Assembly (NCBI GenBank): GCA_002633005.1
Contig: NMRA01000840.1
Span: 12,747 to 76,746 of the forward strand
Source of the DNA: Phoronis australis
Taxonomy: Eukaryota; Animalia; Phoronida
Length of the DNA: 64,000 nt
Direction of reading: 5' to 3'
Each line of letters starts with the position of its first letter. Within the stretch, counting starts at the first letter, position 1. The notes under the pieces were generated by a model. It had not been told where the DNA came from. It was given only the letters and a program-made list of their open reading frames with translations, and made no database searches. The position numbers were made by a program, and so were the translations under genes. This document shows positions 24,479-36,959 of the stretch, one piece after another.

Positions 24479-27400
24479 CTACTGTTCGTTCAGTCTAACG
24501 TGATCAAAATCTGAGTTGTTGCTGAAGCCGCGTTGGCAACAACAGAAACATAGCACTACTGTCACAACTGAAACAATAAACATGGTTGCCAACACGAGAA
24601 GTCCAATCATAAACCCCAAATCTTCACCGGTCCCTGTCGTAGCTCTTGGTTCGTAGACGCATCTGGAGTAGTTCCCTGAGCTGACCAGCAACTCGCTCAT
24701 GGCTGCTAGGCTCCCATTGTTTGGAGCAGCTCTAACACCCAGGATGTGACATAGCATGGGGTAAATATTGACTGTACTGACCGAGCCGGCAAAGTGTGAG
24801 CACTTGAAGTATGGACCTCGAGCCATGAATATCGTTCTCATATTGGGTAACCGGTTGTCGTAGCCGTGCGTTCCTATATCCGGCAGGTTGTATTTGCTGC
24901 TGTTATTCTACAATGTACGAGATCGCAAGTGTCAAAATAATCCCTTTAAGCCATTTTCCGTCATATCTCCTCGTCTTCTCTGCTCATAATGCAAAAGATT
25001 TCTTACCTTGGTACCGAGCTGACAGCTCAGATGGGAGGTGCGTAAAATAATCATCCGGAAAAATCTAATCTCGTGAATCTGGTTTGTAACAACGATCTGC
25101 CAATCCTATCCCAGCCACTGAGAAATCACTTCTTATTTGAGTGAACAAGCTGAGACCAATTGTATCATAACGATAAGCCATGTCCTGGATAAAAGATAAG
25201 TTTTCTATAGTCCGAAAAGATGAACTCAGAATTAGGTTGGACAGATTGAACAGCTGTTTATCGTAAATCATGAGAACATTAAATTTATGAAATCGAAAAT
25301 TTCCTAAATATGGCCATACGCCATCCACTGATTATGTGGTTACGTCATCAACATTTTAGCGTGTTTATCCCTGCTCTTTATATTTTCCATTTGTGTGTAC
25401 ATAAAAACTTACAGCAAAGCAATAGCCATTTTCCGAATTTGCAGAGACATGGTAAAACATGCCTTGTAGCTAGAAAATGCCGATAGTTTAGTTGGCGGAC
25501 CCATGCGGTGCTGCATTCGGGTATGGATTTAACGCTTGATGACATTTCCAACCACTTTGTTCTACAATTCTTGGATCGTCATGTCGTTGAACTGTGCAGT
25601 TGGATACTCAAAACGATTAAAACAAAAAGTGTCCAGTATCTCGAAATGACCGCTAGTGAAATAAAGTACGATTCCTACTTGCCAATTTAGCCCACCTTGC
25701 AAACCTACAAATTGGTTCGAGCGCTGAAAAGAAGCTTTTGTGGTCTCACAACGTTCGGGAAGGGAGTTATCGAGTGTTTCGTTGTTTTTAGGCAAGTGGT
25801 CGTTTTTATAAGCACCCGTTAAAATGATAAAACCATATCTCACCGGACGGACATTGTAGCCCTCATGAGCTACTACTATAAGGGGGCTCACACGATTGGT
25901 GTTAGCATAGTGCCAGTAAATAGGGATGTCTTCCTTCTTGTACACATCGAAACCCCGCGTCTGGCTTGCGTTTTGCAAAAGCTCGTAGACTTCATGCAAA
26001 TGGTTGCCTTTAGGCACTATTTGACAGGAAGTGCCCCAGTCGGGATAGTGTGCGACATGGTCCCTGTCGAAATTTGGAAGATCCTCTAGGTCGACGATGT
26101 CTTTCTGAAAGGATACAGTCAACTATTGTTTAATTACAAATAGTCTTGCACACAATCTTCAGTATACGTCGTGCTCTATATACAGTTGTACAGTAGTTGT
26201 GTCAGAGAATTGTGAGGCAATGCCCGTGGCACTGACGATTACACAACAGTGGATACCATAGCCTTCCTATCTTATCCGTATCTTGATCTTTTGTGCACCC
26301 CATGAAATCACTTGCGTATTATGTGATGGTTCTCATTCACTCCCTTGCTTACACGCATCAGTACGACCGAGCTGAGAGGAGTAGGAAACCCCATTGTGCG
26401 AAGCTCGATTGTCAGCCAGTAAAGCCAGGATTCGAACCCGCGTCTCCCAAACGGGAGTCTGGAACTCAAAGCAATGAGCCGCACTGTCTCATTTCCATAG
26501 GTGAATACGTGATAGACGTGACAGAAAAAGAAAGCAAACCCCTCTAACCTTGTCCATATTGGTGAAACCATGATCACTAACGATGACTAGGTTCACAGAG
26601 TGGTACATATTTCTCGTTTTCATTTCTCGAAGAAGATAGCCTAGATCTCCGTCAACTTCCTTCAGCGCGTCTACTATGTTATCACTGTCCGGACCGTGCC
26701 TGTGGCCCGTTTCGTCAGGCTCGTGGTAGTATAGAGTGGCAAATCTTACGTCATCATATTGGAACCAATCAAGAACCTGAAAACGAATATATTAAGGAAA
26801 CAGTTCTTCTTAAGTGAAATCTCTGCAGTTATTAGAGGAACGGTAGCTACTCTAAGTGAATACAGTTTAACTGAAAACGGAAAACTATAAAAAGTCTTGT
26901 TGCCTGAATGAACACTGCACCGACGTCTCGAATAGAAAACCTCTTTTCACAAATAACCCACTTGATCCACGGTTTACCTGCTCAGAAACTATGTACACCA
27001 GACCCGTTTTTCTATGGCAGAGAAGGTCTAAAAAGTTATCCAAATTTCCGAATACATACCTAGCAGAGGGTAGAAACCGACTTTTACCGCAGGATTCCAC
27101 CCTCATCAGATATCTCAAAAATTCTTATCACGCACAAAACATGAACAACGAGCCTGGTCTTCGACCACAATCGGGCATTCTTCCCACAGACAATAACGCG
27201 TCTCAGTTTCTCGGTGTTGCGATTTCGATGATTTCTTTTAAATATTTCCGTGGTAAGAATGGCTGAGTGTGGTTGGAGTAAAAACTTCTTGGTAAGTGAT
27301 TTTTCGACGCATGGCATGGGCACTGCACCATACATATATGTATGTAGGGGGTTGGGGCGGGGGGTTGGGGGGCTATAGCCTTCAAATTTTTCCTTGGTGC

Positions 27401-30400
27401 GCCGTCCATGATCTACCGGCGGTGCACCACACAGGGGTTGGGGGCTATGGCCTCCACTTTTCTCAGTGCCGCGCCGCCCATGTTTCGGGTAAAGCTGATT
27501 CTGGCTAACGGACAGAGCTCGCAGGCAACACCTGCTTCGAAAGCTATGTTTACCACCCAATCTTTCCAATCGACGAACTACTTTGTCTTTTTTATAGTAA
27601 ATGTTTGTGCAAAGACAGTTGGCATTTAGTGTTAATTTATCAACAAGACTTGTGCGTTACACTACCCAAAGAGTAAGACGCCATCTTCTATTCTTTTTAC
27701 ATAGGCTTAAAACATTTTATGCCACGCAACAGAGCAAATATCTTTATCTCTAAATTTTCAACCCACGACTAGTAACGGTGAATGAACGTTAAATACAACT
27801 TTCCATTAGTATAACACGATGCACTTGCCTGGTTGACTCTAAGTTTAAACTTTACGGACTTGTTGTATTCCTTCACGAATTTCTCATCTACAAACTGGTG
27901 GGGGTCCGTCAACACTGCCTCACTCCCTGGCCAGAAGTATGTAGCTGCCTTCCAGCCATACTTCCGAACAGTTGTCCAGATAGGCTCACCCAGCCACCAT
28001 TTGTAGTTCTGAACATCCTTCTTGTTCAGTCGATTGAAATCTCCCAACACCGGGTCGTGGAAATGGTTTGCCATGATGCCATGGGATTCTTGGTAAAGTC
28101 CTACGAGACAGATATTTTACGTGATTGATTTACTATCTCGGCTTATACCGTTTCAGCTGGGACAATGTCAGTTAACATTATTAAGATTAGGGTCACAAAC
28201 CGAACACTGACAGCTTGGCCGTGGCCGATCAAAGGTCTTAGCTAAAACCATCGCAGTTTTAAACACCTTGTCCATTTTGGCAATTGCATGGAGTTTCGAA
28301 TCCATTTGTAATATTTTGCAACAGTTTACCATGCACCAATGTCAAGGGCGCAAAAATGTCGACGAGCCACCTAGACAGAAATCAAAACTGAACTGAAAGT
28401 ATAGATGTAGCTCAAAAACCCGCACTATAGAAACAATTTGCTGTGACGACACGCGATTACTGTTAAAGTACCCTCGCAGACATTTTTGGCGGACTAAATT
28501 GATTTGTTCTCTCGGCACATGCCGGATCAACACCAATATTGTGTAGTTGGGAATTTCAAAAAAAAACGTCAGTTGTAACGTTTCCAGCGTCACGTTTGCC
28601 ATGACGCACTTCATAGTATGACCGCTTAAGGTGGCGCACAACCTTTGATAAGACGGACTCAACTAAACCACTTGCCGTTATGAAGTTAGTCTTAAAGTGT
28701 TTCTTGGTCAACGATAGATGCAATTTTCTGGACTTAAAGAGAACTCAGAGTTCATTATTGCTTAAAAGATCTGCATGGCATGTACAAAAAATATGAGTTT
28801 TCATGACGTGTCAGCGGATTCGACTGGCGCGATATCTAGCAATAATTAACGAACTGTCTCTTCTTTACAGCGACAAAAAAAGTTTCTCAATTCTATAAGG
28901 GATAAGTTTAGGTCAGGTTATTGAGAAATGGTTTATAACAAACATCGCTGTCGTCGCGCTTTGAAATTCTGACAAAATAGTCTGTCGTTTGATACACTTC
29001 GTCCTTTATTGCTACACCACGACAGTATAACGTTCATGTTCGAGTGAAGCGAGATCGGTCGCGTTACGCAGAACCGAGCCATGCATTTTGAGCATAGAAT
29101 ATTCACTGTAGAAACAGAAACCCTGATTACCATCCCATAATTCATCAACCCATCAAGTCTAACCCATAGTTTAACATTCCAACCTCACGGACATGCCATC
29201 AATTTGCAAGATTACGCAACAGAAGTCTCGCGTATACTGACGAATCACTCGCCTTTCATTCTCTTGATTTTGAGTAGCCTTTCATCACATGACCTCGCTT
29301 TTCTCGATCTGTACGAAATGATACCTGGGTAGAGTTCAATAGGTGTCTCGTGGCAGTGGCGGATCTAGGATATCACAAGGGGGGGCCCAACATTTTGTCC
29401 GGCTGTAAGCATTTGCGCAAACTGAACCACGATTGTAGATGCGCATAGCATCGAATGGGGGGGCAAACNATTTCAAGAAAAAAAAAAAGTCAGTTGTAAC
29501 GTTTCCAGCGTCACGTTTGCCATGACGCACTTCATAGTATGACCGCTTAAGGTGGCGCACAACCTTTGATAAGACAGACTCAACTAAACCACTTGCCGTT
29601 ATGAAGTTAGTCTTAAAGTGTTTCTTGGTCAAAGATAGATGCAATTTTCTGAACTCAGAGTTCATTATTGCTTAAAAGGTCTGCATGGCATGTACAAAAA
29701 ATATGAGTTTTCATGACGTGTCAGCGGATTCGACTGGCACGATATCTAGCAATAATTAACGAACTGTCTCTTCTTTGCAGGGACAAAAAAGTTTCTCAAC
29801 TCTATAAGGGAAAAGTTTAGGCCAGGTTATTGAGAAATGGTTTATAACAAACATCGCTGTCGTCGCGCTTTGAAATTCTAACAAAATAGTCTGTCGTTTG
29901 GTACACTTCGTCCTTTATTGCTACACCATGACAGTATAACGTTCATGTTCGAGTGAAGCGAGATCGGTCGGGTTACGCAGAACCGGAGCCATGCATTTTG
30001 AGCATGGAATGTTCACTGTAGAAACGGAAACCCTGATTACCATCCCATAATTCATCAACGCATCAAGTCTAACCCATAGTTTAACATTCCAACCTCACGG
30101 ACATGCCATCAATTTGCAAGATTACGCTATAGAAGTCTCGCGTATACTGACGTATCACTCGCCTTTCATTCTCTTGATTTTGAGTAGCCTTTCATGACCT
30201 CTATTTTCTCGATCTATACGAAATGATACCTGGGTAGAGTTCAATAGCTGTCTCGTGGAGAGAAAAATCAAACCAAAATCACATGCTCTCATTGAAAATT
30301 CATTGCAATAACGCGCCATCTTGCCAAGTCATGCTCTTTGGCGAGGTCCTAGCGTTATTGATCTGGTTACCTGTTGCAATAGAGTAGTGAGCCGGAAATG

Positions 30401-30605
30401 TCTTTGTGACAAAAGTGCTGGTGACGTTAAAAGAGTAAACTCCTGTAGCGGCCACTTCAAAAAAGTTCGGCATTGCTGTTCTGCGGAAGTAATCTGCACG
30501 AAATCCGTCAAAAGACAACAGGAGAGTCCATTTGGACACGCTCTGAGAATCGCTCTGTGTCAACGTGGACAGCATATAGAGTGTGATTGTGACAATACGT
30601 AGCAT
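24479..30605 (-). CDS. Ectonucleotide pyrophosphatase/phosphodiesterase, ENPP4/5/7-like type-I membrane protein (~474 aa); exons 30605-30371, 28100-27829, 26776-26549, 26104-25844, 24907-24479
   Basis: Signal-peptide-like MLRIVTITLYMLSTLT, then LLLSFDGFR, TKTFPAHYSIATG|LYQESHG, WWLGEPIW, YFWPGSE, YYHEPDETGH, IVSDHG, GTHGYDN and a C-terminal TM with a Cys cluster. Intron phases 1,0,0,0 are mutually compatible and the exons sum to 1425 nt. The subfamily is not resolved. Confidence 0.92.
26190..26490 (-). mobile_element. tRNA-derived SINE in ENPP intron 3
   Basis: The minus strand has a decayed A box, GGGAGACGCGGGTTCGAATCC (B box), ~230 bp of body and an RTE-tail-like GGAAGGCTATGGTATCCAC. There is no intact cloverleaf. 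Confidence 0.65.
27316..27482. mobile_element. Short hAT-like MITE remnant (related sequence near 55880-56030)
   Basis: CATGGGC...GCCCATG ends and internal GGGGTTGGGGGCTAT repeats. Confidence 0.45.
28556..30258. repeat. ~790-bp direct duplication in ENPP intron 1 (28556-29353 vs 29472-30258), separated by half a MITE and an N
   Basis: The copies are highly similar. CAGTGGCGGATC (MITE end) starts at 29354 and there is an N at 29469. Confidence 0.9.
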
Positions 30606-33600
30606 GGCGTTTGGCGTGTTCTTGTTGGTCGGGGCCTTTGTCCTGTAACTAGAAGCAAATAATTCTGTCGCACATGCCCGCATTGATTACAGACAGGACA
30701 ATAAAATCATGTTGATTGTGACAATTATGAGCTTGAGGATATACTGATGTTATAGACCAGATAACATACTTTTCTCTACTTCCTTGTAAACACTTCAAGC
30801 ACGCGCATTTTTAAAAGAAAACAAGAATATATCCCGTGATGCTGTTTCAGGCGATTCTAAGAGATAATGCTCACGCAACATTATGCCGGTAATACGCCAA
30901 TGGTTTGTCTTTAAGGTCATCACCATTTTAGCTTAAAGTCACAAAGTGGCCGCCACTGAAGAAGTTGGACGGCTCAGACGGAATGTGCAATTATTAAAAA
31001 AATGCACAATGAGTAAGCAATTATAGCCGCATTTTATTTGTAAGGTGTGATTACCTTTATGGTACATACCCACGATGGTCTAATAAAGGTAAGGACGTAC
31101 TACGAAATAGACGACACATGGATGGTAATTATACATGTACATGCAATAGCACCTTGTGATATAGTCTAACATCGTTACAGCGTACAATGTAGGCCTACCT
31201 CAGGGGACATTCGAAATATGTACTATCTATAACAATAGTTCTTTGTAATCAAGGAAGTCAATTATGCATTAGATCAAGTTGGTATTTCGAAGTATGTATC
31301 TTACAACACAGTTCACGTTCTAAACGCGGTATAAGTTAATTAGGTTCGACTTTAGATGTACTTTCCAGTTTCAAGTCATTCCTGTTTAGTAAGTACACTG
31401 TACACGCTATAGGTGCATAGTTCGTACAATCAGCACACTTCAAAGCTGCGCCTTGGCCCAAAACACATTTAAATTGATTTTACAGCATCCTGCCTTCATC
31501 ACAAAAACTAACATCTGCTTTAGACAACTTATACTTAAGAAACTAGACCTAAATTATTTCAAATAAAAGATGATTTACGGACCTTTCTGACATTTCGTCC
31601 TTGCTTGATACTAGTCTCCAGAAGTAACGTTGTCACGCTATGTCATTTTTATGCATCGATTATTTTCCCAAACTAATGTTTTTGTCCAAGCTTACATGTA
31701 TAAACCATTACTCATCTGATTTAGAAACAAACTGAAATCATTGACTGCTATAGTGACGTAAACGAAACCCTTCAAAATGGCGACTTAATTACGATTATTT
31801 GGACAAAATGATGAAAATGAAGTGTTCTCCCTTAGAATTTAATTGGACAAGAGACCACACAGAAAAGTTTTTCAAACCAAAACGCATTCAATTTTGGACA
31901 GTCTAGGTAACAGAGTGTGGTGTTTTTGCTGTTCTTTTAAAAGTTTTAAATTAGTAAACATTGTCTCCGTCTCGCTTTTCTTGATAATTAAATAAACGAT
32001 GTTCACACAACAAACCTTCAGACACTTCAATCTATGGATACGTAGATACCAATTCTTGAAGATTCTTATCCTTACTTCTTTGATGTGGTTGAATTGACTT
32101 GTTTTTTTTCCGGAAACTAAACCAGAAAGGCAGACCTTAATTATTTTTACAGGAGTTGATATTTCTTCCATTTGTGATCCGGAAGGACGAGACATTGTTG
32201 TGGTTATTGGTGGAAATAAAAGATGTCCACGTACTTGTTGTCATTTCTGTTTTATTAAAGGCACCATAATGGAGTGAATTGAACCGTTTTAACTGGACTT
32301 ACTTGATTGGAATGACAGTATCCGCCAGGTGTCGCGCAAACGCAAGAGCTCGTACCCTGACGCATCTGCCAACTTCCCTTTCAAGGGGACGGGAGTCCCC
32401 GAAGATCTAGGACATTTTAATCAAGCAAGCCCAGTTAAAATGATTGAATTGTTCCATTATTGACATGCCTGGATGGATCAAGACTCTCATTTTGCCAAGG
32501 CATCATACTAAGTATCCTGCATTTGAATTGAAATACATTATTTTCAATGATCTGAGCCAAAATTACTAGATAAAAACTGTTGATGTTGATTTGGTGTATT
32601 ATACTACAGCAAGTTGCAAAGCTGATATATATTACCAGTGACATTCCGGCGAATTCCGCAAAAAAAAACTGGTAAAACCCCCAGTAAATATCTCTTCACT
32701 GAGCCTCAAATGACTAAACTGATCAGCGACTTATTGAGACAAGAGAACAAGGCTGAAAAGAATCGTGAAAAATGTCCAAATTTACTGTAGCTACTAACTT
32801 GGGATTACCATGTCTCAAAAATGGTTTATCAGATGGATGTGAAACTCTTAAGATATTTTGGCACCATTCTCCGATGTGATATCGCACACATCAGTTGCTG
32901 GTGTACTGAATATGATTTCCACTGGAAAGAATCCTCAAACCACGTCACGGCTGTAATCGATCATGTTCATTGTCGTGTAATGCCCTGTAGAAAACGTGCT
33001 AGCAGTATTTTTATAATCAAGGACGTCACCATAGCTTTTAAAAAAGACAACCTTAATGGACATTGCTTAATTTGAATAATGTAACGGTAAATAAGATATT
33101 GACGTTACTAAAGTAACAATTTTACTTACTTGACCGTTACACAAGAGTAATGCCATACGGATGGTGAGCTTTCATTCCCTGGCGAACACGGGAATGTTGG
33201 CATGCGCCAGTGCGTCCGTAGTCACAAACAATTCGATTGGATTGCAAACCACGGAAGTTTCACATTCAATGTGTTGCCTTTTAGCTTATCGGTGAACAGA
33301 TACGCAACCGTCTATCGTGAAAAGTTTACCATACTACCATAAATACCATTGCTCAAATTTGCAAAACAAAAGAAATTTTAGTCTGCGTATTATATTGTTT
33401 TCGTAATATGATAATATAAACACCGCAAGAAAGCTTTAAGATCCTCTAACTCCCCCTTGAAGTCTTATAATAAGTCCTTAAATATAGGTCACATAAACCT
33501 GCATGTCTTCAGGTAGAGTATAACTTATAGGTGTGAGAAATGTTCAAAGTAATGCGCTCACAACCTATTCGTCCCCGGGTGGCCTGGCATTGGACATCGA

Positions 33601-35697
33601 CGTCGACGTTGCTAGAGCATACGAAGAGACAAAAACGTTCAATTTTACTTACAGTGACACAGCCTGAGACCAGCTAAATATATGATCTTCATTTCGAAGA
33701 ATTGGTTCGATAAGTACTTGAACTCAACGGGTATCACTGTTCACATTGCAAGATAAGACTGATGTCAAAGTTTTCTAGGTTATGTATATAGGCCTACACC
33801 TGTAGTGTTTGTGTAGAGTAAAGACATCACAGTAGTATAACCAGTTATTCGCTGATATTGTTTCCAATATGACCAATTTCACCTTCAATCTACAATACAC
33901 AATCAATAAATAACTTAAGTCTAATAATGTAATGCAACATATTTCTTATAAAATACTGACTTCTAAGTTGTTTTTATCCTTCTGTTAAACACATAACATG
34001 ACGGCGACATCTCGTTGCTCCCAACTTGTTGGATTCTATAGCCCAACAACAAGTTGGGAAGTTTACCCCCGTAGCCAATATCTTATACAACTGATGAACT
34101 CCATTCTGGCATTTACGGTTGGAGGGCCTGCACTCTTTTGTTCGATAATTGCTGTAATCTCCAATCAGATCGTATAGCCTGACTGGGCTGGGCTGATAAA
34201 AATGAACGTAAAGTTATAACATATCTGAGCTTAAACCAGTAGCATTTCTGAATTCCTCGTCAAATGCTGATCACATTCCTTTTTTGAATCACTGTAATCG
34301 CCCAACTACAACAGAAGTTAAGATAATCTATTCTGTCCAAGCGGATTACCAACGCACTGGGTTTGACTGTATTCATACGCGTTCGGTAATTGCGTGCAAC
34401 TACCATAGGTTTCCACTGAAGCCTGGGGGATAACTGGCCTGCTTGTTATCATACGGGATAAAAGACTGAGCTGGGCAGTTAACAAAAGAGCCAGATGTTA
34501 TCGCACGTTCAGCACCCCTCACGTCTGGAAAAGTTACTGAACGACAGAACGCTCTAATCATAAAAAGATAGCAACCCTAACCAGTTAAGAAAAAATCGAA
34601 GGAGACAGGAGTAATCAAAACAGGTATGAAGCATATTTAAAACCAACGTTCCTTTGGGAAGTTGGGTTTTGTCAAGATCAACGCAAATTAATTTTTTTTT
34701 TTGTCTTTTTGTAATATTCAAAATGTTCCAAGTTAAAACTGCTCTCCACACTGCGGGCTTTAACATTGTGCAAATGCCAGAGAAAAACAATTTGGGTGTA
34801 CTAACGACCACCATTGTTAGAAAGTAGTGCGAGCTGTTTCTTTTCTACTTCATTCGCTCAGGTCTACCTCAATACAAAAGACATGCTGAATAGGGATCGT
34901 AAAAGTCGCCTCAAACTGATGTTGTTATCGTTCTCTATTTAATGCGACCCATCATAAACAATCTGGGGGTACCAACAGTATTTTTACGTTAATTTTCATT
35001 TCAGAGTTTTTAGATAGCATAATTGAATAGTTCGTGAAAAGTACACGTAAATAGGGCTTAGAATTTTGAAAATCGGACAGGAAATATGACTTTTAATACC
35101 TAAATCGTGTGTAAAATACTGCTAGATTGTATGCCTCATTAATTCTGCTGGGTGTGCAACCTAAATTAACTGGGCCATATACCAAGCCACAATGGAGCAG
35201 AGGGCTTCAAAGTTACTGTAAGCCAAGTTTCATCCTGCATTGGCATGTCTGTAAACTGAAATTACAGTTCAAAACCGTCGCTAAACGTGATGATATTAGT
35301 ACTACATTGTTGATGACTAATCTTGTAAAAATGTATCATTTACAATTGTTTGTGTACGTAAATAAAATTAGTGTTCGAGAGTCGCCTTCATATTCTTTCT
35401 ATGAACAAAAGGAAGGCATATCATGAATTTCCGTGGGCAACGACTACAGTGTCCTTGTTCAAGATTTTTGACATTGGTTAGAATTATGGCCGATAAATCA
35501 ATGTAATGATCCATCTTGTGGTTCGTCCCTTATTTAGAAACCCAACTTGTAAACTTTAAACTTTTAATTTGGTTATCTACATAACAAAATATTGTTATCG
35601 TGGGGAACGCAGGGTTGCAAAATATTGAACTAGATTTTCAATTATTGCTATTTGAAATCTGTTAGCACCTAGAAAAATATTTAACGTAAACTGACGC

Positions 35698-35814
35698 ATT
35701 TTGGGCTTGGAGGGGGAAAACTGGTCCGCCCAGTGAATTTTGGGCTTGGAGGGGGAAAACTGGTCCGCCCAGTGAATTTTGGGCTTGAAGGGGGAAAACT
35801 GGTCCGCCCAGTGA
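35698..35814. repeat. 39-bp tandem repeat x3
   Basis: ATTTTGGGCTTGGAGGGGGAAAACTGGTCCGCCCAGTGA three times, with one substitution. Confidence 0.95.
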
Positions 35815-36959
35815 ATTTTGCAGAGGGCTGTAAACTATAGATGTCATTCACACACAATAGTCCTTAAGCCTTTTGAGAGAGACATGCAAGGACAGTGAAA
35901 CCATTTCTTTGTGAAAGTTGCTCTTAGCCCCAGTTGGACAGCTTAACAAAATGTTTATGGTCCTGTCTGAGAGGATCATTGTTTCATTACACCTCCTGGA
36001 TCATTGAATAGGTGAGCCCAGAATGCGCCTCCGCGTTTCCACAGAGGGTAAAATGTGTTTCAATGTTGTAAGACGTATATTACCAGCGTACAACACTATT
36101 TATCTTATACATTTGAATTGCAATGCTGCTCAAGTACAATCTATTCTACGGTTGAACCATTTTTATCTATGTTTGAGCGTTAGTGATGTAACATGTAGTA
36201 GGAGGATACATATAAGACCGCCGAAGCAGAGTGAATATTGTAATAAGACTGACATTATAGTCCGACATCGTGATGCCGGGGAAGCATTGTAAAGAAAGAA
36301 ACAAATTTTGTTACTGCAAATAAATTTTACATTCTGCAGTTTTTCTTCGTTTTCTCGGGTAATTTCTTTCAATAAAATAATGAGGACAAAACAAAGGCGT
36401 TTGGCAAAACTACCCTATTGATCGCTATTGGTTGTAAGTTATCAACGCCAGTTTGAATGTAAACATACATACCCTTTTCTTGTGCGTTAATGAAACAGTC
36501 CTCACGTTGCTGCTGGGAGACAACGGGGCAGCATGTTTTAATGTCATTCAAGCCATCTCAATTTTACAAACAGTGAGCAACGCAATTCTTATAAGGACCA
36601 GAGCACTTGTCACTGGGTCTTTTCCAAACTCTTGTGAGGATACGGTTGAAATACAACTTTCGCTGTAAATCAAAACACTTAGAAACAGCGGTTCCCTAAT
36701 TGAGGAATGGGCTCTCGTAACTTTGATTAAACAAAGCGAAATGAATAAACTGGCAGCCGACATTAGAATAGAGTACATGTATACCCCCATTTTACAACAT
36801 ACTGGCAACCATTATCGCCTCCTTGAGGCCGCAACATTTCCTATCTTTATCTCTCGGCAACACATAGATGCCACAAAATTCCCAGATCCATCTTAAGATC
36901 ACGGTTTTGTGACAGCATCGTTATGTTATAGTTCGTGCTATCAGTCAGCTATCTTGGAT

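Noticed and set aside
26415-26490. tRNA gene
   Set aside because: The D arm and acceptor stem are decayed and a SINE-like body follows.
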